NCBI RefSeq assembly: GCF_001194135.2
Contig: NC_068991.1
Coordinates: 53,140,624 to 53,204,623, forward strand
Direction: 5' to 3'
Source of the DNA: Octopus bimaculoides
Taxonomy: Eukaryota
DNA: 64,000 bases
Shown here: one piece after another, positions 12,011 through 22,388 of the stretch
Layout: each line of letters starts with the position of its first letter
Position numbering within the stretch: the first letter of the stretch is position 1
Made by a program: the position numbers and the translations under genes
The notes under the pieces: generated by a model
Databases searched by the model: none
Seen by the model: the letters and a program-made list of their open reading frames with translations, nothing else
What the model was told of the DNA's origin: nothing

Positions 12011-12169
12011 ATAAGAGGAATTTAATTGTAATGTTCAAGAGAAATAATGATATAGACATGTGAAGTGGATGACAACTGCATATACAAATGCCACGTGCTG
12101 AAAATGAATAGTACCTGTTTCTCTCTTAGTTCATTTATACTTTGTTGTTTTCAAGCATTAACATGACAC

Positions 12170-12450
12170 AAGAAGTGAAACATGCTTCTCTCATTTCTTT
12201 TTAGTCTTTGCAGGTTCTCATTCAAGGCCCAAATCTTGCTCCCATGCAGCAGCATGTTTGCACACAAGCATCAAACAATCTGTCCTTCCCCTCAAGGGAG
12301 GGAGAAGGCTTTTGTTGTACATAAATGTAACAAGTTCCTTGAATCTTCTTCAAATTGTTCTTATTTTGGTTACCACACTTTAGGAACACCTAACCCACTG
12401 CTAATTTGTAACAAAAGCTATTGATTCTTGCTAGGGAGCCTTCTGGTTAT
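12170..12450 (-). mobile_element. Decayed RTE LINE fragment (post-RT region)
   Basis: Minus strand resembles RTE ...KFRELLPLL...LSLRVKGRLYDACV...MLHGSETW...RLERNE after frame correction. Confidence 0.55.
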
Positions 12451-13464
12451 TTGAGAGATCACTTTTCAACACCTCATCTGATCAAGATGACAGAAGACTA
12501 TGTCAACTGATGTATGGTTTTGCAGAAGACCAAACTTCCTGTACAAACTTGAAATACTGGGAAAGTGCATGCACCTCTATTACCCTAACATCTCTCCAGC
12601 AGCTTTTCTCCTACCAACTATTCTATGTATTTTGTAGCTTTTCATGTCCCCATCATAGAGAGGAAAGCACTTAAACAATCTCCCTTACCTCCTCCATCCA
12701 TTTCTTGTTACCCAGTCTTTCCATAGAACTTCTGAATCAGGTTGAGTCAGGAGGAGTTCTACAACTTTTACCCACCTTCTCTGATTCTTCTATCACCATT
12801 CTCTGTAGGAAGATGTTAACTCTGAGGATACACTCGGTTTTTCATCTTATCTCTCTTTCATGCACCTCTCTCCCCATTCACATGTATATATATAACATGG
12901 AGTACGCTGCAGTTTCACCTACTCACATCCCTACCTCTGCCCTTATCACACTTTGACTCTCTCTCTCTCTCTCTCATTAATCCCTTGACACTATGTCCCT
13001 TCTGTAATACCAACAGGGTCTCTGTCAGTCTCTCCTCTACTGTTCTCTCTCAACAAATAACTCTCAATAAGAACCAACTTGAAAAGTGGATGTAAAATGA
13101 TTACTTTATTATGTAGGAGAGCACTGGGTCCTCCCTCCTCACCCAATGCCCACCATCCTTACCACTTTGTTCTACCCCACTCTCTTTCACATTACCCTCC
13201 AATACTGTTCTTTCTATTACTCTCTCCACCACCATCCTCTCACAACAGTAAATGTTTCTTCAATCACATGACTTTCCATGGGGGCTCTCTTTTGCCTTGT
13301 TAGCTTCATGGCAACCCCAGTTGTGCTGCTGCTGCTATGAAGCACTTGGTACAAACTGTAATAGGTTCGTAAATTAAATCAATTAGTGACATTGCAATGC
13401 TTGAGATGGCTCTTTAGTCATGCCCAGGGCAGTTCAACTATTTTATACACACATTATCGCACTG

Positions 13465-13513
13465 AACACTGTGGTTGGATGACAGGAAGCTGTATCAATG
13501 TATGTTAACAAAC

Positions 13514-13581
<68 letters not shown>

Positions 13582-13800
13582 GGAGTAAGCACATGGAATG
13601 TGCAACAAGGTGGAAAAAAGAGTACTCAAATACCAGAGGTAGAGTAATATGCTTTATTTAAAAGCAGCAGAAATATAACAAAAAAAAACGTTACTCTGAG
13701 TTTCACGTTCCCGTTCATCGGACAAAACTGTCCGATGAACGGGAACGTGAAACTCAGAGTAACGGTTTTTTTGTTATATTTCTGCTGCTTTTAAATAAAG
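13465..13800. mobile_element. Penelope-derived non-autonomous element: short RT fragment, (TA)n, pLTR-like fold-back
   Basis: 13465-13520 is a diverged copy of 11957-12012 (Penelope RT). (TA)n at about 13517-13579. 13652-13800 is a near-perfect inverted repeat containing a hammerhead motif. Confidence 0.6.
13724..13769 (+). ncRNA. Minimal type I hammerhead ribozyme motif (U4-to-C core variant)
   Basis: aaaactgt (stem I) CCGATGA acg-ggaa-cgt (stem II, GNRA loop) GAAA ct-cag-ag TA | acggtttt (stem I partner, 8 bp incl. one G-U). Predicted GUA cleavage after 13761. Confidence 0.65.
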
Positions 13801-13820
13801 TATATATATATATATATACA

Positions 13821-14061
13821 CTAGTATTATAACCCGATTTCATTCGGGTCTACTCGGGCCACATTTTAAAGACAAGGAATTTTGCCCTAGTGGTCACACC
13901 TTTCAATTGAGCAAACTCAAAGTTGCCATGCAAACTCCCCAGCACTTTTAACATAGGTGTGCAAATTTTCAGGTCAATCCGACCATATTTACTAACGCTT
14001 TTGCCTGCACAACTGCTTGTGAGACAACGTCTGCCCTTTTCACAAATATATAGTAGATAGA
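13821..14061 (-). mobile_element. Non-autonomous Helitron (241 bp)
   Basis: Minus strand begins A|TCTATCTACTATATA (14061) and ends CTAG|T (13821). A 6 bp-stem hairpin (plus-strand acccga-tttcat-tcgggt, 13832-13849) lies 7 nt from the CTAG. Inserted at an AT dinucleotide with no TSD. Confidence 0.72.
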
Positions 14062-14199
14062 TAATATATATCATCACCATTATTTTAATGTTTTTCCATA
14101 CCAGCATGGGTTGGACTTGAGAGTATTTAACAGGTTAGAGGACAACATCTTATTGTAAATCTGTTTTAGTATGGTTTGTATAACAATAACAAGGATGTA

Positions 14200-14585
14200 C
14201 TCATTTACTTGTTTCAGTCATTTGACTACAGCCATGCTAGAGCACCGCCTTTATTTGAACAAATCAATCCCAGGACTTGTTCTTTGTAAACCTAGTACTT
14301 ATTCTATCGGTCTCTCTTGCTGAACCACTAAGCTATGGGGGCATAAACACACCAACAATGGTTGTCAAGTGATGGTGGGGGAACAAACACAGACACACAC
14401 AAACATATATATATATATATACGACGGGCTTCTTTCAGTTTCTGTCTACCAAATCTACTTACAAGGCTTTGGTTGGCCTGAGGCTATAGTAGAAGACACT
14501 TGCCCAAGGTGCCATGCAGTGGGACTGAACCCGGAACCATGTGGTTGATAAGCAAGCTACTTACCACACAGCCACTCCTGTGCCT
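14200..14585 (-). mobile_element. SINE family B
   Basis: Full-length reverse-complement copy. Confidence 0.8.
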
Positions 14586-15502
14586 ACATATTAAAAAAAT
14601 CCTGAAATAATAAACATCTCATTAGATGATGATTTCAGTTTAATGTCTGTTTTCCATGATGGCATGGTTTAGACAGTTTGATGGGAGCTGGTAAGGCTGG
14701 GGCCCACACCAGGCTTGATTCTCTGTTGTGGCATGATTTCTCTGGCTGGGTGTCCTTCCTAATGCCAACCACTTTATAGAGTGCACTGGGTGCCATTTAT
14801 GTGGCATCTGCACCAGTGCTTTTTGTGTGGCACTGGCACAGGTGTCATCTTTTCTTATGAAAAAAGCGAGACTTTACAATTTGATAACCAATAATTTTAG
14901 TTTTAATCTACCGTAATTAACCGAATTTATAATATAAACACTGCTATTTCACTGGTCTTGAAGTCAGTGTAGTGTTTTTGACAAAGCCTTAAGATCCAAT
15001 TTTTTTCTGCTGGTGTTGTTTGATTAAATTAGACGCATGACATCTGTTATATACAAATGCAAGATTTATCTTAACTTATCCCAAGTGAATTTCACCTGGT
15101 TTCCAACAAGAATTTAAAATCAGTTCTTCCTTACCTTTCCACAAACATTCTATAAAACAAATATCTACATACCGGGCAGGTATTTGGTGCAGTTAAACCT
15201 CACCAAAGACATTTGCTAAATTCTATTTTGTGAACATGTTCCATTGTAAATGGTAAAAGTAGTAATTTACTTGAGAATGTGCTTGTAATTACAGTTTTCA
15301 CTATTTGAACAGAAATAAAGAGTTAAATGCAATATAATGGAGACAGAAAGAGAGATAATGTTATCTCATTTTAGTAGCACTTATAGTAGCAGTCTAGTTG
15401 AGTAAATTTAATTTACTTAAAGAAAATGATATGAAGAAACGTTTTTATTTTTCATTTAGTCTGAATGGATTATGGTTTAAGTCGTTGCAGTGCTCTACTG
15501 GT

Positions 15503-15865
15503 GTGGAGGCGCAATGGCCCAGTGGTTAGGGCAGCGAACTCGTGGTCGTAGGATTGTGGTTTCGATTGTGAGTGTTTATTGAGTGAAAACACCTAAAGCT
15601 CCATGAGGCTCCAGCAGGGGGTAGTGGCAAACCCTGCTGTACTATTTCACCACAACTTTCTCTCACTCTTTCTTCCGGTTTCTGTTGTACCTGTATTTCA
15701 AAAGGGCCAGCCTTGTCACACTGTGTTACACTGAATCTCTGAGAACTACATTAAGGGTACATGTGTCTGGAGTGCTCAGCCAACTTGTATGTTAATTTCA
15801 AAAGCAGGCTGTTCCGTTGATCGGATCAACTGGAACCTTCGTCATCATAACTGACAGTGCCATGA
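15503..15865 (+). mobile_element. tRNA-derived SINE family A
   Basis: Same body as 2562; 10 bp TSD CTCTACTGGT at 15493-15502 and 15866-15875. Confidence 0.85.
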
Positions 15866-17989
15866 CTCTACTGGTAACTCTATACTGTTGCTTAGCTTGC
15901 TAGAAATAGCAGCCAAATCTCCTTCATATAACAGAAAACTTACTTAAAAATTAAAACAATGGATAGTGCAGTCTGGGACATATTACTGTTGAAAAAGAGG
16001 AAAAAAAAAAGAGGTAATAATTTAATGCCCTTTGCTCACTCATAAGTCTGCTCAGTTAAATTTGGAAATAAAAATTTTATCAAAATTTGTGTCTATTCTT
16101 TTCTACTCTAGGAACAAGGACCGAAATTTTTGGGGAGTGGGGCCAGTCAATGAGATTAACCCCAGTATGCAACTGATACTTAGTTTATTGACCCCAAAAG
16201 GATGAAAGGCAAAGTCGACCTCGGTGGAATTTGAACTCAGAACGTAAAGACAGACGGAATACCGCTAAGTATTTTGCTCAGTGTACTAACGTTTCTGCCA
16301 GCTCACTGACTTTTGTTTTTTTCATTGTTATTCTAAAGTTTTCATTAATTTCATAGTTGGAGGCAGCATTTTACTGTAATTTTGTTCCATTATTAGTTAT
16401 AGATTACTGCTAACAATTTTACTTCTTACTAACTGCAACCAGAAAAAAAGCATTCATTTTAAATTATTTATATTTGTTTTGCTGTTCTATATATGCAACG
16501 CTTGCATAAATCAATATCCAAGAGTTGTAACAGTAAACAAACACCAGAATGGCTTCTGAAGGTCATATTCACTTGAAACCTGCTGTGTCACATCCCTGGG
16601 TCCGTTTATGAAAGCAATGTTGCTCTCAACCATATCTGACAAATTTCCCCTTGAATCTGTCCTCTTATAGGGATTCCTCTGACTAATCGTTAGGACTAAT
16701 AGCTTCCTATCAGATTACATTACTACAATGTAGTGACGTTACTCTCTCTCGATTCTGGCATGCCAAAGTCTGGTTTTGTCTCCCAACTGTTTTCCTTCTA
16801 CTCATAAGTAAACCAAGTTGCTGCCAAATAACTCACTTATATGTAAATAATAAGCCTCTTCGTTTTCTCCTAATCTTCCTCAACAAACCATTATCTGTAT
16901 GCTACCTAGAAGCAATACACCACACCTGCACCCACTTCCTCAAATGGGGGACACACCAACAGCCAGGAGGTGGAGAATTAAAACCAAACAAACAAAACAA
17001 GCACAATACTTTATTTCACATTGCTCCAGTCCACTTATCAACATTTAACATCAGTTTCCCATGCTGGCACGGGTTGGATAGCTTGACAGCAACTGGCAAG
17101 GCCAGGGGCTGGCACCAGGTTTTATCAAGAATGAGTTGTACCTGTATTTCAAAGGGACAGCCTTGTCACATTGTGTCATGCTGAATCTCCATGAGGACTA
17201 CATTAAAATTATGCAACTGTGGAGTACTTAGCCACTTGCACATTAAATTTCATGAGCAGAATGTTTCGTTGATAAGATCAACTGGAACTCATAACTGGAG
17301 TGCCAGTTAAGACCTAGTAAGTAGGGGAAAGAGGTAAACAATGTTGCTCTCACTAGTCACAGTCTGCATAAGTCACGATCCCTTCCTTCAGACCAAACCA
17401 AAACTGAGAATAGTTCTTCCGATATGCTTAACTAGATTAAAAAATAAATAAGTTGCTGGTTCAGATAAGAAAAGGACCGAAGTTGTAAACCAGTCACATC
17501 AGTTATGAATTTTTTAGCATTTATACTGGTCCAAATATTTTGTTTTATGGTCAAGCCAGTCAGATCCAGCGTCTCACACCTACCCAGTAATGTCATTCTA
17601 AAAATAATTGCATCATTGAAATATCAGAGCTATGAGATAATGCATGGTGAATTCAAAACAGAATAAATAAGCATTACATTTGACAGAGTAACCTGAATGC
17701 TAAAGGGTTAACTGAACCATAACTTTATATAAAAGTAATTCTAAGTAGACAAGCAAGCTCACTTGCTATGCTGGGAAAACTTTATAAGACTGGATTTGCT
17801 TCTGGCAAGATGTTGTAGAACATGATTGATGATAGCATTTTCAAAACAATTAAGGATTGAGGTTAATCAAAATTCTATATATATTTGAGAGGGTTAATAA
17901 AGTTTGTTGATTAGCCAACTTAAATCATAAAATATATAACCATGCAACAAACTTCTACTCCTTAAAATAACTGGCCATTATTACTATTG

Positions 17990-18440
17990 TTAAGGCAGTG
18001 AGCTGGTAGAATCATTAGCACACCAGGCAAAATGCTTAGTGGCATTTCGTCTGTCTAAGTTCTGAGGTCAACTTCGTCTTTTATTCTTTCGTAGTTGATA
18101 AAATAAGTATCAGCTGTGCACTGAAGTTGATGTAATCGACTTATCCCATCCTCTGAAATTGCTGGTCTTGTGCTAGAACCTGAAACCATTATTATTACTA
18201 TTATTAAGGCAGTGGGCAGCAGAATCACCAGTGTCAGACAAAAATACTCAGCAGTATTTCTGCTGGCTCTTTATGATCAGAGTTCAAATACCTCTGAGGT
18301 CAACTTTGCCCTTCATTTTTTTTTTGAGCGGGGGTGGGGGGTGTCAATAAAATAAGTACCAGTTAAGCACTGAAGTTGATGGAATTGACTAACCCCTCCC
18401 GTCAAAATTTTAGGCCTTGTACCTATAGTAGAAAGAATTA
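17990..18440 (+). mobile_element. Two head-to-tail SINE family C copies
   Basis: Body repeated at about 17990-18190 and 18205-18440, separated by an (ATT)n tail. Confidence 0.7.
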
Positions 18441-19109
18441 TCTTAATTTGTGATATCACTATCAGGTCTGCAAGGGTGGTGCAGATGGTTATGTGCTGAG
18501 CGATAATTAATTTTGTTAATAATTGAATTCAAATCCTGCCAGTCAGCTTTGACATTGCATTTTATTCCACCGTTGATCTGCAAGAAATATTTACAATATG
18601 CAGTTCAATAGACTAGAGCTGCTCCAACATCATGTGCGAGTAGGTACAAATTATGTCATGCAATTGACATGTATACAGGGTTAAGGGGGCCACCAACCAA
18701 TTAAGTACACCAAAACCCAGGTAACATAGTGAGCAGAGAAAACAAGCTTTATTTGCTTAGCATATAGGATTAACTCAGTACAAGATAATTCTGTAGCAAG
18801 TAATATATTTAGGGAAGTCCCCCTCCCCACAGCATACAAGACTTGCCTGAGGTAGAGAAAAAGAAAGTGATACTATGAAGAGGTGATATTGGATAACAGA
18901 CATTGCAGTAAATTTGTAGACATGAAAATAAGATTAACATTTCTTTTAAAAGAAAAGTAAGAGATTAAAACTGAAACCAGGCAAAAGGAACAGATTAACT
19001 GAAATATAAAATTAGAACAATGACTATATGACAATAAACACTTAAGGTTTCTAAATGCTAGACATTGTTGTAATTCATTGTAAGTTTAAATGCAATAAAT
19101 TTACTTTCC

Positions 19110-19620
19110 TTCTTCATCATCATCGTTTAACATCCGCTTTCCATGCTAGCATGGGTTGGATGATTTGACTGAGGACTGGTGAACCAGGTTGCTATACCAG
19201 GCTCCAATGTGATTTGGCAGAATTTCTACAGCTGGATGCCCTTCCCAACGCCAACCACTCCGAGAGTGTAGTGGGTGCTTTTAAGTGCCACCGGTACGAA
19301 GGCCAGTCAGGCGGTACTGTCAACGGCCATGCTTGAAATGGTGTATTTTACGTGCCACCTGCACAGGAGCCAGTCCAGCGGCACTGGCAACGATCTTGCT
19401 CGAATGTCTTTTCACGTGCCAGGAAGGCGACATTGGTAACGACCACGCTCAAATGGTGTTATTTACGTGCCACCGGCACGGAAGCCAGTCAGCTGCTCTG
19501 GCAACCATCACGCTTGGACGGTGCACTTAGTGCTCCACTGGTACAGGTGCCATCACGATTTTGTTTTCCCCAACAGATCTTCGCAAGCCGAGTTTAGTGT
19601 TCAATGAAAGAGACGTTGGC
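19110..19620 (-). mobile_element. RTE-tailed SINE family D with internal tandem array
   Basis: (CAT)n tail then cgtttaac.tccgctttccatgctagcatgggttgga...ggatgcccttcc.aacgccaacc, followed by 4-5 diverged units of about 60-65 bp starting ttt.acgtgccacc. Confidence 0.78.
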
Positions 19621-20242
19621 ATGGGTAACAGGCAGACATATGTGGTTTAGAAACCTGCTTTCCAACAAAGTGGTTCTGAGTTTGATCCTACTGTGCAACA
19701 GTTCAGACATCTACTGTAGGTTTCATCATCATTGAATGTCTATGCTGGTATGGGTTGAATGGTTCAAGCCAGAGGACTGTACAAAACAACTATGTCTGTT
19801 TTGATATGGTTTCTACCAATTGATGCCCTTCCTAACCACTTTATAGTGTACTGGGTGCATTTTATGTGGCACCGGCACTAGCGAAACCATCAAGTCACTT
19901 GCAAGACAAGACCATACAACTGAGAAGGGAGTAGTAATAGAGTGGGTAGTTTTACACCAGGTGAAAGGTTAAAGTATGATAGGAGTTAAAACAAGTCTTG
20001 CAGTCAAGGAGATACATTGCTACCCCAGTTTGAAAAAAAAGGTGGTGAAGATGTGTCAGGGTGAATTTCGAAGGCAGAAACAGTGTAGAAGCCTGTCGCA
20101 CGTTTGTATGTGTGTGTGTTTCTTTATAGTTTGCATGAAGCATTGTCTGATATAGAGGTTTTAAATTTTCTTTTAAAGCCAAAACAATGCAAGTTATAAG
20201 AAATAAGTTGAAGGTTTGTACTTTTGTATTAATATATTTCAG

Positions 20243-20276
20243 GATTAGGACCCCTTCTTGAAATCTTCGGGAAAAT
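20243..20276 (+). CDS. Unrecognised plus-strand gene, internal exon (GLGPLLEIFGKM)
   Basis: Acceptor tattaatatatttcAG, donor AAT|GTGAGC, 34 nt. Only one open frame; phase-2 end matches the next exon. Confidence 0.5.
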
Positions 20277-20950
20277 GTGAGCTGACTACTCTGATCGAGT
20301 GAGTGAGTGAGTGAGTGAGTTGTGTGTGCATATACGGCCAGCTTTTCATGTGCAGGGTAGCATTGCCATAGTAGCCAATCAGCTGCATGCAACTTGGTTC
20401 TCTTAACTCATTACCTACTAGTGATCTCATATGAGATCACTTAAAAATTACAAATTTCATAATTATCTGTCAATATTTACACATATCTAACCTTTTTGCT
20501 ATATCTACTAGGTATATTTCTCTGATATTCAAATGAGGTTTGCTAATTTTTCACCCAATATCTCGCTTATTTCTATTTAAAATGTTATTTTGATCATTCC
20601 AGCGCGTTTCTAAGGCTGTTTTAAGCTAGAAATTTAAGTTTCATAAAAGAATTCCAGTTAATAGAATTATGGGAGGTAATGGATTAATGTGGGTTGATCT
20701 TAAGATGGTTTCTTTTATTCTAAGAACCCAATCTTTCATTTTGTGGCTTCCATGAAAACCTGGACCTCTCGGGTGTGACATGAAGCAAATAATTTCAATC
20801 TTAATATCCAAACCTTACAAACAGTATTTGATGAGAAACAAGGAAATAACAAGCATCAGAAACAAAGGACTGTGTAATACACCCACACAAATCACTATTG
20901 CTCTGCCAAATAGTTTGAAATACTATAATTTTTATAGCTTTATACTGTAG

Positions 20951-21068
20951 GTTTTGGTTCTTATGTTCACTCACCATTTTTAATAATGGGAAAAATCTCA
21001 AGTCAACTCACATTGTAAATGGGTTATATTTTGAAACAAAAATTTCTAAAAAGTGGCAGCCACCTGAG
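20951..21068 (+). CDS. Unrecognised plus-strand gene, internal exon (FWFLCSLTIFNNGKNLKSTHIVNGLYFETKISKKWQPPE)
   Basis: Acceptor tttttatagctttatactgtAG, donor GAG|GTAAAT, 118 nt. Single open frame, phase 2 to 0. Confidence 0.58.
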
Positions 21069-21219
21069 GTAAATAAACAAACTTCTGGAGTATTGAAGAA
21101 TGAGAATATTCCTATTTTTCCATGATAATTTTGGTAGTTACAGTCCTTTGTTATATGCTTGCATAATGAAGAGAAAACTGTCAGGCTTATGTATGAAATT
21201 TTCTTTACTGTTTTTATAG

Positions 21220-21356
21220 CTGGATACCCATCCTACAACAAATCATTTAGAGAATGAACTTACTGCATTTTCTCATATCCTGACAACACTAGAGAGTTTG
21301 TCACGACTGAAATCTACCCTCTTATATATCAGTTTTAATGAGTGTCTTCTAGGCAG
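21220..21356 (+). CDS. Unrecognised plus-strand gene, internal exon (LDTHPTTNHLENELTAFSHILTTLESLSRLKSTLLYISFNECLLG)
   Basis: Strong acceptor ttttctttactgtttttatAG, donor CAG|GTTGGC, 137 nt open in phase 0, continuing the previous exon. Confidence 0.6.
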
Positions 21357-21720
21357 GTTGGCTTCACAAGTCCACATGTATGTGTGTACAGATATATATA
21401 TTCTCAAATTACGAACATAAAGTACTTATTCTATTGACACCTATACATTTAATAGACAATTTCAGGAGATGCAACTTAATGCACTGGTTTATACTTGTGA
21501 ACAAAATGAAAGGATTTTGCAAATGTGGTAATTCTTTATTAAAGTCCCGAATTCACCTTAGCAAAAGGCAGCAATTATTCTGCCTTGTTACTTTAATGCA
21601 TTTTCATAGCCAAAATGCACTTTTTGCCCTCAACTCTTTACTCACCAACTTCAAAGAATCATGAACTAGTGTCTGGTACATACATACAATAGATATATAT
21701 ATATATATATNNNNNNNNNN

Positions 21721-21752
<32 letters not shown>

Positions 21753-22287
21753 CATATATATATATGTCATCATTTTAACATCCGCTTTTCCATGCTTGCT
21801 TGGGTTTGATGAAGTTTATGAACAGAAGCCCTTCCTGTCACTAATCCTTATTTGTTTCTAAACAAGGTAATATTTCCCTATGGCCAGACATGCTTTTGCA
21901 GAAACTTGCAATAAATACCATTCATTTACAACAAAAACACAATCCCTTCTACTATAGGTACAAGACCTAAAATTTTAGAGGAGAGGACTAATCAATTACA
22001 TCGACCCTAGTACTTGACTGGTACTTATTTTATTGAACCTGAAAGGATGAAAGGCAAAGTTGACTTAGACAGAAGAAATGGACACATACAGGGTAAATTT
22101 CTTTCAGTTTCCATCAACCAAATACACTTACAAGGCGTTGGTTGCCCAGTGCTATAAAAGACACTTGCCTAAGGTGTTCTGCAGTGAGACTAAACCTGAA
22201 ACCATGTGGCTAGGGAGCAAACTTAACTATCATTGTGTGATATAAGCAAACTTATACCAGACAATGAGATTTTTTATTTATTTATAT

Positions 22288-22328
<41 letters not shown>

Positions 22329-22388
22329 TACATATACACACACACACACACACATACATACATGCATGTATGTATGTATGCATACACA

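Noticed and set aside
15125-15330. Minus-strand micro-exon-like sites (15 nt, AAG|GTAAGG) and a plus-strand open frame
   Set aside because: Conflicting strands and no phase-compatible partners; expected by chance in AT-rich DNA.
18585-18643. Open frame MQFNRLELLQHHVRVG that would precede GLGPLLEIFGKM and look TRP-channel-like
   Set aside because: The acceptor is weak and the downstream exons do not continue as S5/pore helices, so a TRP call is unsupported.
19270-19560. Regularly spaced repeats resembling a CRISPR array
   Set aside because: Eukaryotic context; the units are diverged tandem copies without unique spacers, inside a SINE; no cas genes.
21264-21306. Minus-strand 43 nt exon-like unit with GTAAGT donor
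   Set aside because: Poor polypyrimidine tract, and it lies inside the better-supported plus-strand exon 21220-21356.
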